A stretch of 64,000 bases of DNA from Nemertoderma westbladi (GCA_032718475.1 JAUCBJ010000055.1:67051-131050); one strand, 5' to 3'; numbered from the stretch's first letter, positions 37,383 through 48,326 are shown. Notes: generated from the sequence alone by a model not told the origin. Numbers and translations: made by a program.

Positions 37383-37432
37383 ATAGGAGTATGTGTATTA
37401 TTTAACATATTTCCTAGAATAGTAGGAGTATG
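37383..37432 (+). promoter_or_regulatory. PBS position of D: non-tRNA, duplicated TAGGAGTATG complementary to own LTR
   Basis: TAGGAGTATG (37384-37393) and GTAGGAGTATG (37422-37432) pair with element-sense CATACTCCTAC (+ strand 5880-5890). TTCCTAGA (37411-37418) pairs with TCTAGGAA (36361-36368). Confidence 0.65.
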
Positions 37433-38240
37433 TTTTACTGAACTACGGTTCGGTAGGACTAAAGTTATTTAAAAAAAAAAAAATTTTGTATTTTGAAGTA
37501 AAAGTTTATATTTGATTAGCTAAGTGCTAATATTTTGAAATAAAATTTGATTTGAACCGCGTGTAAAATATTTTGGAATTGAATACCGGTGTTTAAAAAG
37601 GGTTTAAATACCATATTGTACCGGTACAAAATTCTCGTAAAAGTAAAACCTAACTCTTTTGTTTTTCAGGATTCAGAGCTCATTTCTAGACTGTAACGAG
37701 AGCAAGACCGTGTTTAGCAAGTTTGGGAGATAGATAACCCAACAACTTTGGTTGGGAAAATCGCACTTCGTCCGCAACGCTGGAAACGGAACGGTTCACG
37801 TCCGGTTTGTATCTGGGAATCTGTTTTTCTGGAGAATCATTGGAGTGGGTGAGTTCGAAAAGTTGCATAAGTAAGTTAGGCATTACCGTATTAGTTAAAA
37901 TTATTGTGGGTTCCACTGTCTCAAGTATTTATGCATTCCGTATGATTTCTTTGTTTATTGCTGAATTAGTCCGTATTATTGTATTTAATTTATATTTTGA
38001 TAACGTATATCGTTATCCGCTTTATTTGTTATAAAATTGGCCGTTAGGCTAATTTTATTATATACTTATTCCGTGACATTTATTTGCTGTAAAATTGGCC
38101 GTTTAGGCTAATTTTATCCATCTGCTATAAAATCGGCCGGTAGGCTAATTTTATATGACTGTAACTAGTACCGTTTAGATATAAATACGGTAAATTTGAT
38201 ACTTTGACACTCACATTTTACTTGACTTACAACTACCGAA

Positions 38241-39864
38241 ATGAGTGACAAGCAAGACTATACGAAGAATACACCTACCGACTATGACTCATGTGACGCG
38301 GATAAGTCAGCAGCGGAAGAACTACAGGGGAAGACTCGCGAGCCTACCGAACCTACACCGTGTGCGTCACCAGTACATCCAACGGGAGTACCGGATGCCG
38401 TAGTACGAGGCGACGGCAGGACCGAGGACTTTCTAACTGTTCCGCAACCTAGATACAGGGAAACGGACATGGTAAGTTCAGTAGGAAGCCAGGAGAGCGT
38501 GGTTAGAAGCGTCGGAGGATACATGGCGCATATTACCAGGAGTATTGGAGAAGGCCAATGCATATTAGACGAGTTGACCACTCCGATGTCTCGGTTTGAG
38601 TTCTACACCCTCCAGGTTAGAGTACAAAGTAGAGTACATAAGTCCGTAGATAACCTTATCAGTCTACAAGATCTAGCTAGACAGAGACAGGACGTGGATA
38701 CTCAACTTAGAATCCTCGAGAAACTAATGATCGCTAGAGCGAAACTGATTCAGTTTAAGTCGACGATTAGGCAGATACAACAGGAACAAGCGGACCAGTT
38801 GTTAGGTGAGTCAGTTTCGGACGAATTATTGCAACCCGAGGAAGAACAGGAACTGTATAGGCTGGATGGACAATTGAAACACCTGACGGATCATTTACGC
38901 ATGTACGGCGAAGACGTCGGCGATTTGGAAACCGTGCCGGAATATACGAGGGAAACTTCACCCGTACAAATCGAATCGGCACCGGGAATACTGGACCAAT
39001 CGTTAGTGAGTATTCGCAGCGAAATTGATGAGGTAAGTATAGTGACGTCAGAAATTTCCAGACAGCAACAACAGCACTATAGACAACAACGGGAAATTGA
39101 GGAACAAACTCAACTGTTGACGGTACAAGCGGCGGTAGAAGAAGAAAAACTACGCATTGCAAATGTCGCGAGAATCTCTCATCTGCAAGAACAAGCCGAG
39201 TTGGAAGCAGCTGAGATGGAAAGGTTGGAGCTAGAAATAGCACAGCGAACAGCTGAGTTAGCGCAACAAGCGGCAACAGCTGAGTTGGAACGACAAGCGG
39301 CAGCGGCTGCGCAACAAGCAGCAGCAGCGGAGTTAGAGCGACGAGCAGCGGAGTTGGAAGAACATAAGCGAGTTTCCGAAGCAAGAGCCGAGATGAAAAA
39401 ACGGCAAATAAAGGCTCAATCAGCTATACGACAAGCGGAGTTCGAGGCGCAACAACAACAGACGGAACAACGCGAGAAAGAAGTTAAACTTTATTTCGAA
39501 CTCGAGAAGAAGGCGAGAGAATTAGCCAACGCGAAGGAAGATCTAGATCTACAAGCCCGCGATCGATCGATGAGATCTCGAGACGGACACGATTTAGACT
39601 GGTTAGAGGTAAGACACCGCCAAATTCAGGAACGAATGAATGAAGGAAGTGTAGGGGCACCTGGGCGAGAAAGACAATTAGTTAAAGACTTATGTCAAAG
39701 ATTCCCTCAAGTAACTCCTATGTTTGCACCGATTACGACTAAGGAAACTGTTTCGATTGCTGGTAGTAGTAATATTTCTCCTATCCATGGTGCGACGGAA
39801 CACAGGTTTTCGGGACCTACGGGACACTGTCGCTGGACAACGCAATCTTCGAGCATTTCCACTA
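38241..39864 (+). CDS. gag: D gag N-terminus (coiled coil), truncated by the inversion breakpoint
   Basis: ATG ORF downstream of the D 5' LTR. Joins in frame to 28337 on the minus strand (SSIST|NPPITDRSSLLTGPA). Confidence 0.85.
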
Positions 39865-41892
39865 CGTGGTGAAAGGAGATGAGGCAAAGTTCAGAATTTC
39901 GAAGTACGCGAGAGAGCCACCAAAGAAAGATTGGAAGAGGTTCGTAGAGTCCGTCAGCAGGGAAGGATACATGATCCTAGACGACGAAGGAACCGTGGAA
40001 GACGAGGAGGGTTAGACGATGCGGTTTGCGACGATGCGGAAAGAATCATCGGTCCGGACACCCCCAATCTTCTGGACATGCAGACGGTCTTCATGGCTAT
40101 GACAGCACCAGACGGGTTGGGACTAGTCGAGAACACAGGCCATTGTGGAGCGGTGGCGATGGGCCAGCTATTGGGACTTGTGTGTCACAAAACAATGGAC
40201 TGGGGGAAGTTCAGAGAAGAGTACGGAGCAGAGTTAGCAAACTCGCTGAAGTGGGGAGCAAGGCCAGGGAAACAAGAGGTGTATCAATTCCGGAGAGGAG
40301 CAATAAAGGTATATCAGAAGCGATATATCCTGCAGGAGGACTGGATAATGATGGGTTTGCTAAATCTATTCATGACCGTCATCATTGGGAAGGAACCAAC
40401 GGCATTCCTGCTATCGGGATCACCCCTGAGCTACAGAAGCGCCTTTAAAACGGCTTTCGAGGGTCTGGTAGACCACCCGGGGCTGAAGAGCAAGTCGGTG
40501 TACTACAATAGCCGACATCTGGTAGACAGGGACGTAGATACGCCATATCAGAGATGGGAGCCGCTAGAGGTGGATAGACGAGAAGCAAAGCGATTGGAAG
40601 AAATCGCTAGACAGGAGAGGAGAGAAGCAGAGGAAAGGGAGGAGGAAGCTAGGGCACAGAGCTACGGCTTCGAGGAACAGGTGGCCTTAGACAAACTTTG
40701 CTGGACATCGTCAGGGAGTTCGGGGGAGTCTCTAGGGCGAGAACTAGGATGGACGGTGGGATCACCGAAAGAGTTGACATCGGGATCGCAGGCGATGCCC
40801 ATAACAGCGGGCGCTGAGGGCGATCACCGCTGAGGAGGCTAGGAGAGTTAGAGGGGTGGAGAGTCATGGGCGAGAGCCAAGGTGGGAAGGGACACAGTGG
40901 GTCCACCAGGATACCAGGGTTGGAGCCACTCCCAGAGAAGGACGAGGATGACGACGAATTCGGAGAGATGCCGCCCATCGCAAGGATAGGCCACTCGGAC
41001 ACGGACTGGGTTGGCAGGAGGGTGGTGACGGCCAGTGGGGCGAGGGCCTTCTGGGACAGACCCGGCAAGCGGGCCTGGGTGCATGAGGAGCCGGCGATGG
41101 ATTTCGCAGGGAGCACTATCAGGTTGGGCGAGCAACCGGGAACGGCACCACGGGTAATATTCGGGGAGACGATGCCTGGGAGGGGCGAGGAGATCAACAT
41201 AGACAGGGACGCTAACATTCAGAAATTCGCTTACCAGCGACTCCACAGACCGCGGTGATTGCTTGGGACAAAAGACGACGTGGGGCAGGAGACATTGGTG
41301 CTCGGCTGTGATTACTGTGGGAGACAGACCCACCAGGAAAGGAGCTGTCTGTACCGGTTCCAGAAAGTTGTTGTCTAGTTGTCTCTACTGCCGCGAGTCA
41401 AGCCACAGGATGGGGGCGTGTCCACAGTTGCACAACCGATGTTTGAAGTGTAACTTTCGGGGGCAGTACGGGTGCCAGTGCGACTGGATGGACGACGAAG
41501 AGAAGTTTAGAATCTTTGAGGAGTGGGCCAACGTCAGTGCCATGACACGGCAACATATGAAGGCCCAGGAGTTCCGGTGGGGCTCCTTTAACATCAATCA
41601 GGAGGTCCACACGGAGGCTTCCGTTTACCTACCAGGAAGTGGCGACGGCAGCGTCGTATGCCGGAGTGATAAATACGCAGAGGTATTTGGACAGGTGGAC
41701 GCCATAGAACAGAGAAGAGTTCAGGGATTTCTTGGCGGAGCATGTGCCGCGGGCGATGAAAGTGATCCTATGGACGCCACCAGGGGGAGACAACAGGGCC
41801 ACTCGGAGGGGCCACCCGTGAAGCAATACCGGGAGCTAATAACACCAGCGCCCAAGGAGTCGACAATCGACGAGTCCTTAGTGAAGAGGTGA
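39865..41892 (+). pseudogene. A ORF2: degenerate exonuclease-like domain plus zinc knuckles
   Basis: EGYMILDDEG (39962-39991), LLDMQTV, KFREEYG..SLKW, KRYILQED, CLYCRESSHRMGAC, CLKCNFRG and RIFEEW align with D ORF2. Confidence 0.7.
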
Positions 41893-42673
41893 CGGCGAGG
41901 GTCAGGAGCCTGAAAGCAGACAAGACCAAAGGAGCGACGGTGACCAGGAAACGACCAAGGGAGAAGGACGACAGAGGGAAAGAGTTAAGGTGGTTCCCAA
42001 AGGCAGGCGGAACGAACTAGAGTTCGATGTGACATGCCTGGAAGGCACCACGCGAGACGTGCAAACTCCTAAATACAAATTCATGTAATCTAAATAATTG
42101 AAAAGTGCAATTAGCATGTACGTACGTAGTAATCATTATTAGTTTAGCAAGTAAATACAATCGAAGTAAGTACTATAGTCATACAACCTTTTCTCGATTA
42201 GCTACTGGGACTGGGGACCAATAGACTATAATACTATCACGGAAGAGACACTGGACGACATCACACTTCTTGAGTGCGACGGCACAGGAGGGGGGTGAAG
42301 CTCGTCGGGAGTGAGTGGGTGAGATAGGGGTTGAGTTGTAGTGCGGAGAGAGTGCGGGTGCAATTCAAGTGTGGGGGGAGAGGAATAAGAGGCTGAGTGA
42401 GGGACAGGGAAGTCCGAGAGTTAGAGCGGAAGTAAGAAGGAGTAGAGGAGAGTCAGAATGAGAACAGAGTGGAGTTAGAGTGGCGAAAGTGTTGGGGAAA
42501 CAAAGGTCGTGTGAGAGGAGCGCACGATCGGCCCGGCACGGGGCGCCAGATAAACAGGGTAGCGATATCATACCCATAGGGAGCGGCCTGGAAAGCAGGC
42601 TCCGAAAAAATAATTCCACCCCACTCCCGATACTAGATCGGGATCCAGCGGAATTGTAGCGCACTAGAGGTGG

Positions 42674-42711
42674 ATGCTATCTTCTCACCGGGAAGATAGC
42701 ATGGGGGGGAG
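42674..42711 (+). promoter_or_regulatory. Hairpin plus PPT of A
   Basis: ATGCTATCTTC-tcaccgg-GAAGATAGCAT, then GGGGGGGAG before the LTR. Confidence 0.85.
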
Positions 42712-43281
42712 TGTTAGCGTATTCAATTCCGCTAGCCAAGCCCACACAAAGTTAGCTTTCAAGCAATATTGGGAGCACGAGGTTGGTTACCAATCAACCT
42801 CGTGTCACCCCAATAAGCGGGGACAACAGGCCCCAAAGGGAACACACACACAACGGGGGTCAGAGGTTACACCTCCGGGAGAGAGAGAGACAACAGCAGC
42901 AGGGGGAAACACTCCCAGGGAGATGGGAGGGTGAGAAGTGAGTTATTAGCCAATAGGGGGAAGGCATCGGCTGAGTAACGCAATATGGCCAACCGGTGCA
43001 ATATATTACCAGCTACCATGTCATTCACTTCAGTTATCTCATTCAGTTAGTCGGTTCAGTTAGGGCAGAGCGGTGACTTCTAATACCGTCCGCTGCCGCC
43101 ATCATTCATTTATATTTTATATCCTATTAATTCAATACTGCAATAACTGTGTCTGTTCTTATCCTATTATATTTATACTGCTACAGCGTCAACAATATCA
43201 GAACTCTTAATCCGACAATAAACCCTTTTCAATCACATGGCGGGGACGCGTAAATAAAAGAACCGGGATAAATTGGGAACA
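42712..43281 (+). repeat. 3' LTR of A (15-bp deletion in the terminal hairpin)
   Basis: Direct repeat of 1838-2422, ending ...GGGAACA followed by AGAGT. Confidence 0.93.
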
Positions 43282-43286
43282 AGAGT

Positions 43287-44347
43287 TAGAGTAGTAAGAG
43301 AGTTAGATAGTAGGTAGTTAGTAAGCTAGAGAGTTAGAAGATAGTAGGTAGTTAGTAAGTTAGAGAGTTAGATAGTATGATAGCACAGGGGTAGCATTAG
43401 AGATTAGGGCCTTAGGGAGTGGCAGAGAGTAGAGAGGAGATAGTGAGAGGAGCTGTTGGCAAGAGAGAAGTTAGAGTGCGATTCAGGTGTGGGGAGTTAG
43501 AGCGGAGTTCGACTGGAGAAGTTAGAGCGGAGTTAGAGTTATAGTGGAGAGCTTTTAAAATTGTGTGAGAGTCCACAATTGGCTCGACACAAGACGTCAG
43601 ACTGGGTAGCATTATCATACCCATAGGGAGCGGCATGGAAAGCCGACTCCAAGAAAATAACTCCACCCCACACCCGATAGTAGATCGAGTTCCAGCGGAA
43701 TTGAAGCGCACTTAGAGGTTGATGCTATCTTCTCACCGGGAAGATAGCATGGGGGGAAGTGTGAGCGTATTCAATTCTGCCTCACCAACCCCCATAAAGT
43801 GGGAAAGAGCGCCTTTAAGCAATATTGGGGAGTACGAGGTTGATTAACAACCAACCTCGTATCACCCACAATAAACGGGGACGACAAACCCCAGAGGGCC
43901 TCACACAATGGAGGTCAGAGGTTAAGCCTCCGGGGAGAAGGAAAGTAACAGCAGCGGGGGGGGGGAGGGGAACACCCCCGCAGAGCTGAAAGCGAGAAGT
44001 AGGGTATCAGCCAATGGGGGGACAGGAGAGGCATCAGCTAGGTAATAGGGCCAACATAGCAGTATATTACCGGTTGGTGTTTCTCATTTGTGCAGTTTAG
44101 TTAGTCAGCTACCGGTCTTAGTGTAGAAGGAGAACATTGTTTTACCGTTGCCACTGGTATGTCATTCAATAGTTATCTCATGTATTCAACTTGTTCAACC
44201 AGCTTATGCTATTATACAACGCTGTCACACATTAACTCTTATATTATTATACCTACATCATATATAACATCCTACAGTCCTATACCAGCTTGACGACACG
44301 TACGAAACAATTACTCCGGTCGGGATTGATCCGTCGATCCCGTCACA
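43287..44347 (+). mobile_element. Element C 3' region, PPT and 3' LTR (43760-44347)
   Basis: Hairpin plus PPT at 43722-43759. TGTGAGCGTATTCAATT...GATCCCGTCACA is related to the A and B LTRs. Inserted into the RTE ORF; predicted TSD GTCCT. Confidence 0.88.
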
Positions 44348-46968
44348 GTCCTGCCAGGCGGAGGCGATTTTGTTCTAGTGTCAAGCTTGGGGGAACCAAT
44401 GAGACACCTCCAATGTTATATAGTGCCTGGTTGGAGATGTGCGCATTGTACTTGACAGAATGAACCCGGCGTAGCATTCTTGTGAATGTGCCATCCAGAG
44501 ATTTGGTGTCCTCAGCAGTTAGAGCCCAGCATGGACTCCCGTAGAGGAGTACTGGAACTACTGATGCTCTAAATAATCGGACCTTAAGTTTCCGATTAAT
44601 TCTCGGTGACTTCCAAATCCTGGAAAGCCTATTCAAGGCTGCCCATGCCTTTCCCTTACGTATTCGAAGGTCCTCACCTGACTTCCGGATCCATAATCCC
44701 AGGTAACAGAAGTCGTCCACATGCTCAAGCATACCATCCTTTGAGCTTATGCTCATCCGATCAGAGACTCGCTGAGGACTTTCAAAGTTAACTGTCAGAA
44801 CTTTGGTCTTTCTGGAGTTAATAAAAAGACCAACACTAGAAGCAGCATGTTCCAATGAGCTGAGGAGCCGTTGGGCTCCCTCTAATGATTCTGAGAGTAC
44901 TCCTAAGTCATCAGCAAAGTCTAGATCAGTTAGGTACTTGGCAGGATTTCCTCGACTTCTGGAGCCAGTAGGTGGAGTTATCATCACCCCATCATCATTA
45001 TAATGATCTAAGGACATGCGTAGAACATAGTCAACCACAATCATGAACAAGAATGGTGCAAGTGTGTCTCCTTGGAGGACGCCCCATAACACTTCAAATG
45101 GTTCTGTGTCACCATCAACAGTAGACACAAATGTTGTCAAACCATCGTATACTGATCTGATTGCTGCAATAATTTCATCAGGAATCCCATATAATGAAAG
45201 TATGCTGAACATACGTGAGCGAGAGACGAAGTCAGAGGCCTTGAAGAAGTCAACAAAGATAACAGCCAGATGCCTGTCTTTCTTTTTTGATAACTCTTCA
45301 ATTATCCTTCTAAGTGCCAAAATGGGCTCCATGGTCCCACGACCTTTACGGAACCCATTCTGATTTCCACGGAGCAGTCTCTCAATGGGATCCCTGATGC
45401 GATTTAATAGAATCCTATTGTATAGCTTTGCATCAATCGAGATCAATGAGATTCCCCGAAAAGAAAGTGTTAGGTTGCCCTTCTTGGGAACTGGCACCAA
45501 CTTATTTGTTTTCATTTCTTGTGGGACTCTTGTTGTTCGGTACATGTCTACTATGATGGGATAGATGAGCTTTAAACACTCAGGTATTTTGAAGACCTCA
45601 GGGGGAACACCATCTACTACACTGGCACGATTGGTCTTAATGCTCTTTGCAGCAGCCTTCACTTCTGCAAAGGAGATATCGCCAATGGGAATATCTGGGA
45701 GTACAGACTCAGACACTTTTACTTCTATAAAGTTATCAGGCAATACCCTGTCATTATTGAGGAGCTTTTCAAAGTGGGCTTTCCAACCATTGAGGCGATC
45801 GGCTGGTGATTCAGCCTTAACCTTGGTGGTTGGTTGGCTTTTCCGCCCAGTAAGCAGATTGATCGATTTCCATGCCTGGGATGATTGCCTGCTGTCGCCA
45901 GCATCATTGATGGCATCAACCTGTTGGTTTATTAGCTCCTGTAGATTAACAGAGTACTGCCTGTTCAGGGACCTAGATGCAGCCTTAACTGCATTCTTGG
46001 CCGCTGTAGTCTGTTTGAGTCGGGACTCTTTCTGCGCCTTATGAAGGTCATTTCGGCACTTCTGAATTTTGTTGTCAGTCCAGGGGGCCCTTTTCCTGTT
46101 TCGAGGGTATACAGGAACTGTTTTTGCAGCTGCTAACTTAACTGCTTCTGTAAAGGCCGTATAGCCCTCACAGTGATCTGCCGCCTCAGAGGCAAGAGCC
46201 TCATACCTGTTGCTCAGCTGTAGTATGAAGCTGGATCTCACACTTGGCTGTTGCAACAGAGAGGACCAGTCATGCCGCGGCAAGGCAGATTTCGTTGTTC
46301 TGCTAGAACGCAGACTAAGTCTTACCTTGGCCACAATAAGGCGGTGATCACTGGAAAAGGGTCGAAGTATATATGCATTACAGTCTTGTATAGAGCTCCT
46401 ATATTTCCTACGAAACAGAATATGGTCTATCTGGGACTTGTGACCACTGGGTCCACTATGAGTCCATAGCTTTCCAGTTCGCTTCTTAAACTGGGTTCCA
46501 GCCGAAAACAATCCATTTCCAGAGATAAAATCCTGAAGATGGACAGAATTTCGGTTAACACTATTGCTATAGACCCAGGGCGATGTAGGTGATTGATGCA
46601 GACTTGCATTAAAGTCTCCCAGGAATGTTAAGAATGCATGCTGATCCACTCCATCAGTGGCTGCTTGTAGATTGTGGTAGAAATTTTCCACCTCCTCTAC
46701 AGGGGCAACACTAGTTGGAGAGTAGCACACAATCAGAACCACCTTAGGGAACTTCTTAGCCAGTCTTCCAGAACATGAGAAGTGGCAACGGATGATGCGG
46801 TTAGAGATTTGGTCTATTTTGTCCAATGCTGCATGTGCAGTTGGATTCATCAATAGACCAATTCCACCATTGCCACTATCATCTGCTGACGCGAGGGCGA
46901 GTCGCCAACCACCCCCCATGTCCTTAATCAGAACCTCATCAGTCTGTCCAGTCTGCATTCGGTGCTCT
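44348..46968 (-). mobile_element. RTE-clade LINE (APE endonuclease plus RT), truncated at both ends
   Basis: 871-codon frame with LGDFNA, SQIDHIL, SDHRL, QNGFRKGR, GVLQGDTLAP, DFADDL. Confidence 0.93.
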
Positions 46969-47061
46969 CACACCCGATAGTAGATCAGGTTCCAGCGGAA
47001 TTGAAGCGCACTCATAGGTGATGCTATCTTCTCACCGGGAAGATAGCATGGGGGGGAGTGT
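46969..47061 (+). other. Orphan BEL 3'-UTR hairpin/PPT fragment
   Basis: Near-identical to 43669-43762, ending at the TGT of the LTR start. Confidence 0.85.
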
Positions 47062-47970
47062 ACTACTACTACTACTACTAGGTCGAGCGAACTCGGACAG
47101 TGGAAATGAGATCCTTCCAGGCTTCCCGATTCTCCATAGTTGTCGCAATTTCGTTTCTCCCAAGTTCAGTATCCCTTTCAAGTTGATCTATATATGTTAT
47201 GGCAGGTCGTCCACGACTACGCTTTCCATGAGTTGGTTGCCAGAGAAGTAGATCTGGTATGACCTCGTCTTTACTTCGCCAGCAGTGCCCGCTGAATCTT
47301 AATCTGCGTTCACGGAGGGTGGTTGATACAGGTGGTATTGTACCATAAAGCTCGGCGTTTGTCATGTGTTGTCTCCAGCTGATGTTTAGGGCTGCCCTTA
47401 GTAGTCTTGTGTAGCAACCATCAATTCGTTGTTCAAGTGATTTAGTCAGTGTCCAGGTCTCACCCCCGTATAAAAATACACTTTCCACTGTGGCTCGAAA
47501 GAACTTAGTCTTCAGGTGCCTGGAGAGATCTGATTTCCAGATGGTATCCATTTTTGAAAGAGCTACCCAAGCCTTTGCTTTCCTAACTTCTATGTCCTTT
47601 TTGCTACTCTCTATCCATGATCCAAGGTACTGGAAGTCATCGACCTTCCTTAGTTGATTATTATCAATGGTTGTCAAGTTTCCATCAACATTAAAGGTCA
47701 TGAATTCGGTCTTGGTAGCATTTATATGCAATCCAACCTCCTTAGCAGCCCTCTCCACTTTATTTAGTAGAAACTGTGCATCTGCTAGCGTATTAGAGAG
47801 CAGGGCGATGTCATCCGCAAAGTCGGTGTCAGTGACTGTAGTTGCCGGATATCTACTACTTCTGCGTTCTTGAAGTGTGAATCCCAGATCTTCACCCTTT
47901 GTGGCCGTCCTCATTGCGTAATCCAGCAAAATTACAAATAGTAATGGTGCTAATGTGTCACCTTGCAGTA
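47062..47970 (-). mobile_element. Second RTE LINE family, 5'-truncated, with (TAG)n tail
   Basis: LQGDTLAP, TDFADDIAL, YGGETWTLT, RGRPAITY; stop codon runs into the TAG repeats at 47062-47080. Confidence 0.92.
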
Positions 47971-48175
47971 CAAACTATAGTAACGTCTTGAAGAAGGTTA
48001 CGATTGAGTATGTAATTATTTATTAGCCATTTAATATTGCGTAGGTATTAGTATTAGACTATGGTGCGCACGTAGCAACAAAACATACTTATGTTAATTG
48101 TACATGTACATTGTATATGACGGCCGCATATGCAACAATTTAATTTAACAGTAAATTATTTGACTTAAAACTTAA

Positions 48176-48326
48176 CCCTATTAAACCCGGGGGGGGGGGG
48201 GGGGGTCAATATGACCCTTCCCGTGGTTTTTTTATTATAATTCTGAAACAAACGCAGTTGGGAATCTGAGATTTTATGAATTTTCCTAAAAATCTATTGT
48301 CTTCCTAGTAGTGAAAACCGTTTTCA
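48176..48326 (+). mobile_element. Left-end fragment of the piggyBac-type MITE
   Basis: TTAA|CCCTATTAAACCCGG..., matches the start of 60617-62172. Confidence 0.8.

Larger units (their letters stand above)
4862..39864 (-). mobile_element. BEL/Pao LTR retrotransposon D (near-complete; 5' LTR and gag N-terminus flipped to + strand by inversion)
   Basis: LTRs at 4862-6710(-) and 35389-37382(+). TSD AGTGT at 4857-4861, seen as ACACT at 35384-35388. Gag-pol plus a second large ORF. Confidence 0.9.
1838..43281 (+). mobile_element. BEL/Pao LTR retrotransposon A (full-length, degenerate; interrupted by D and partly inverted)
   Basis: TG...CA LTRs at 1838-2422 and 42712-43281. TSD AGAGT at 1833-1837 and 43282-43286. 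Gag, PR, RT, RH and IN in BEL order. Confidence 0.9.

Noticed and set aside
38241-39872. Host coiled-coil gene
   Set aside because: It lies downstream of the D 5' LTR and joins D gag in frame.
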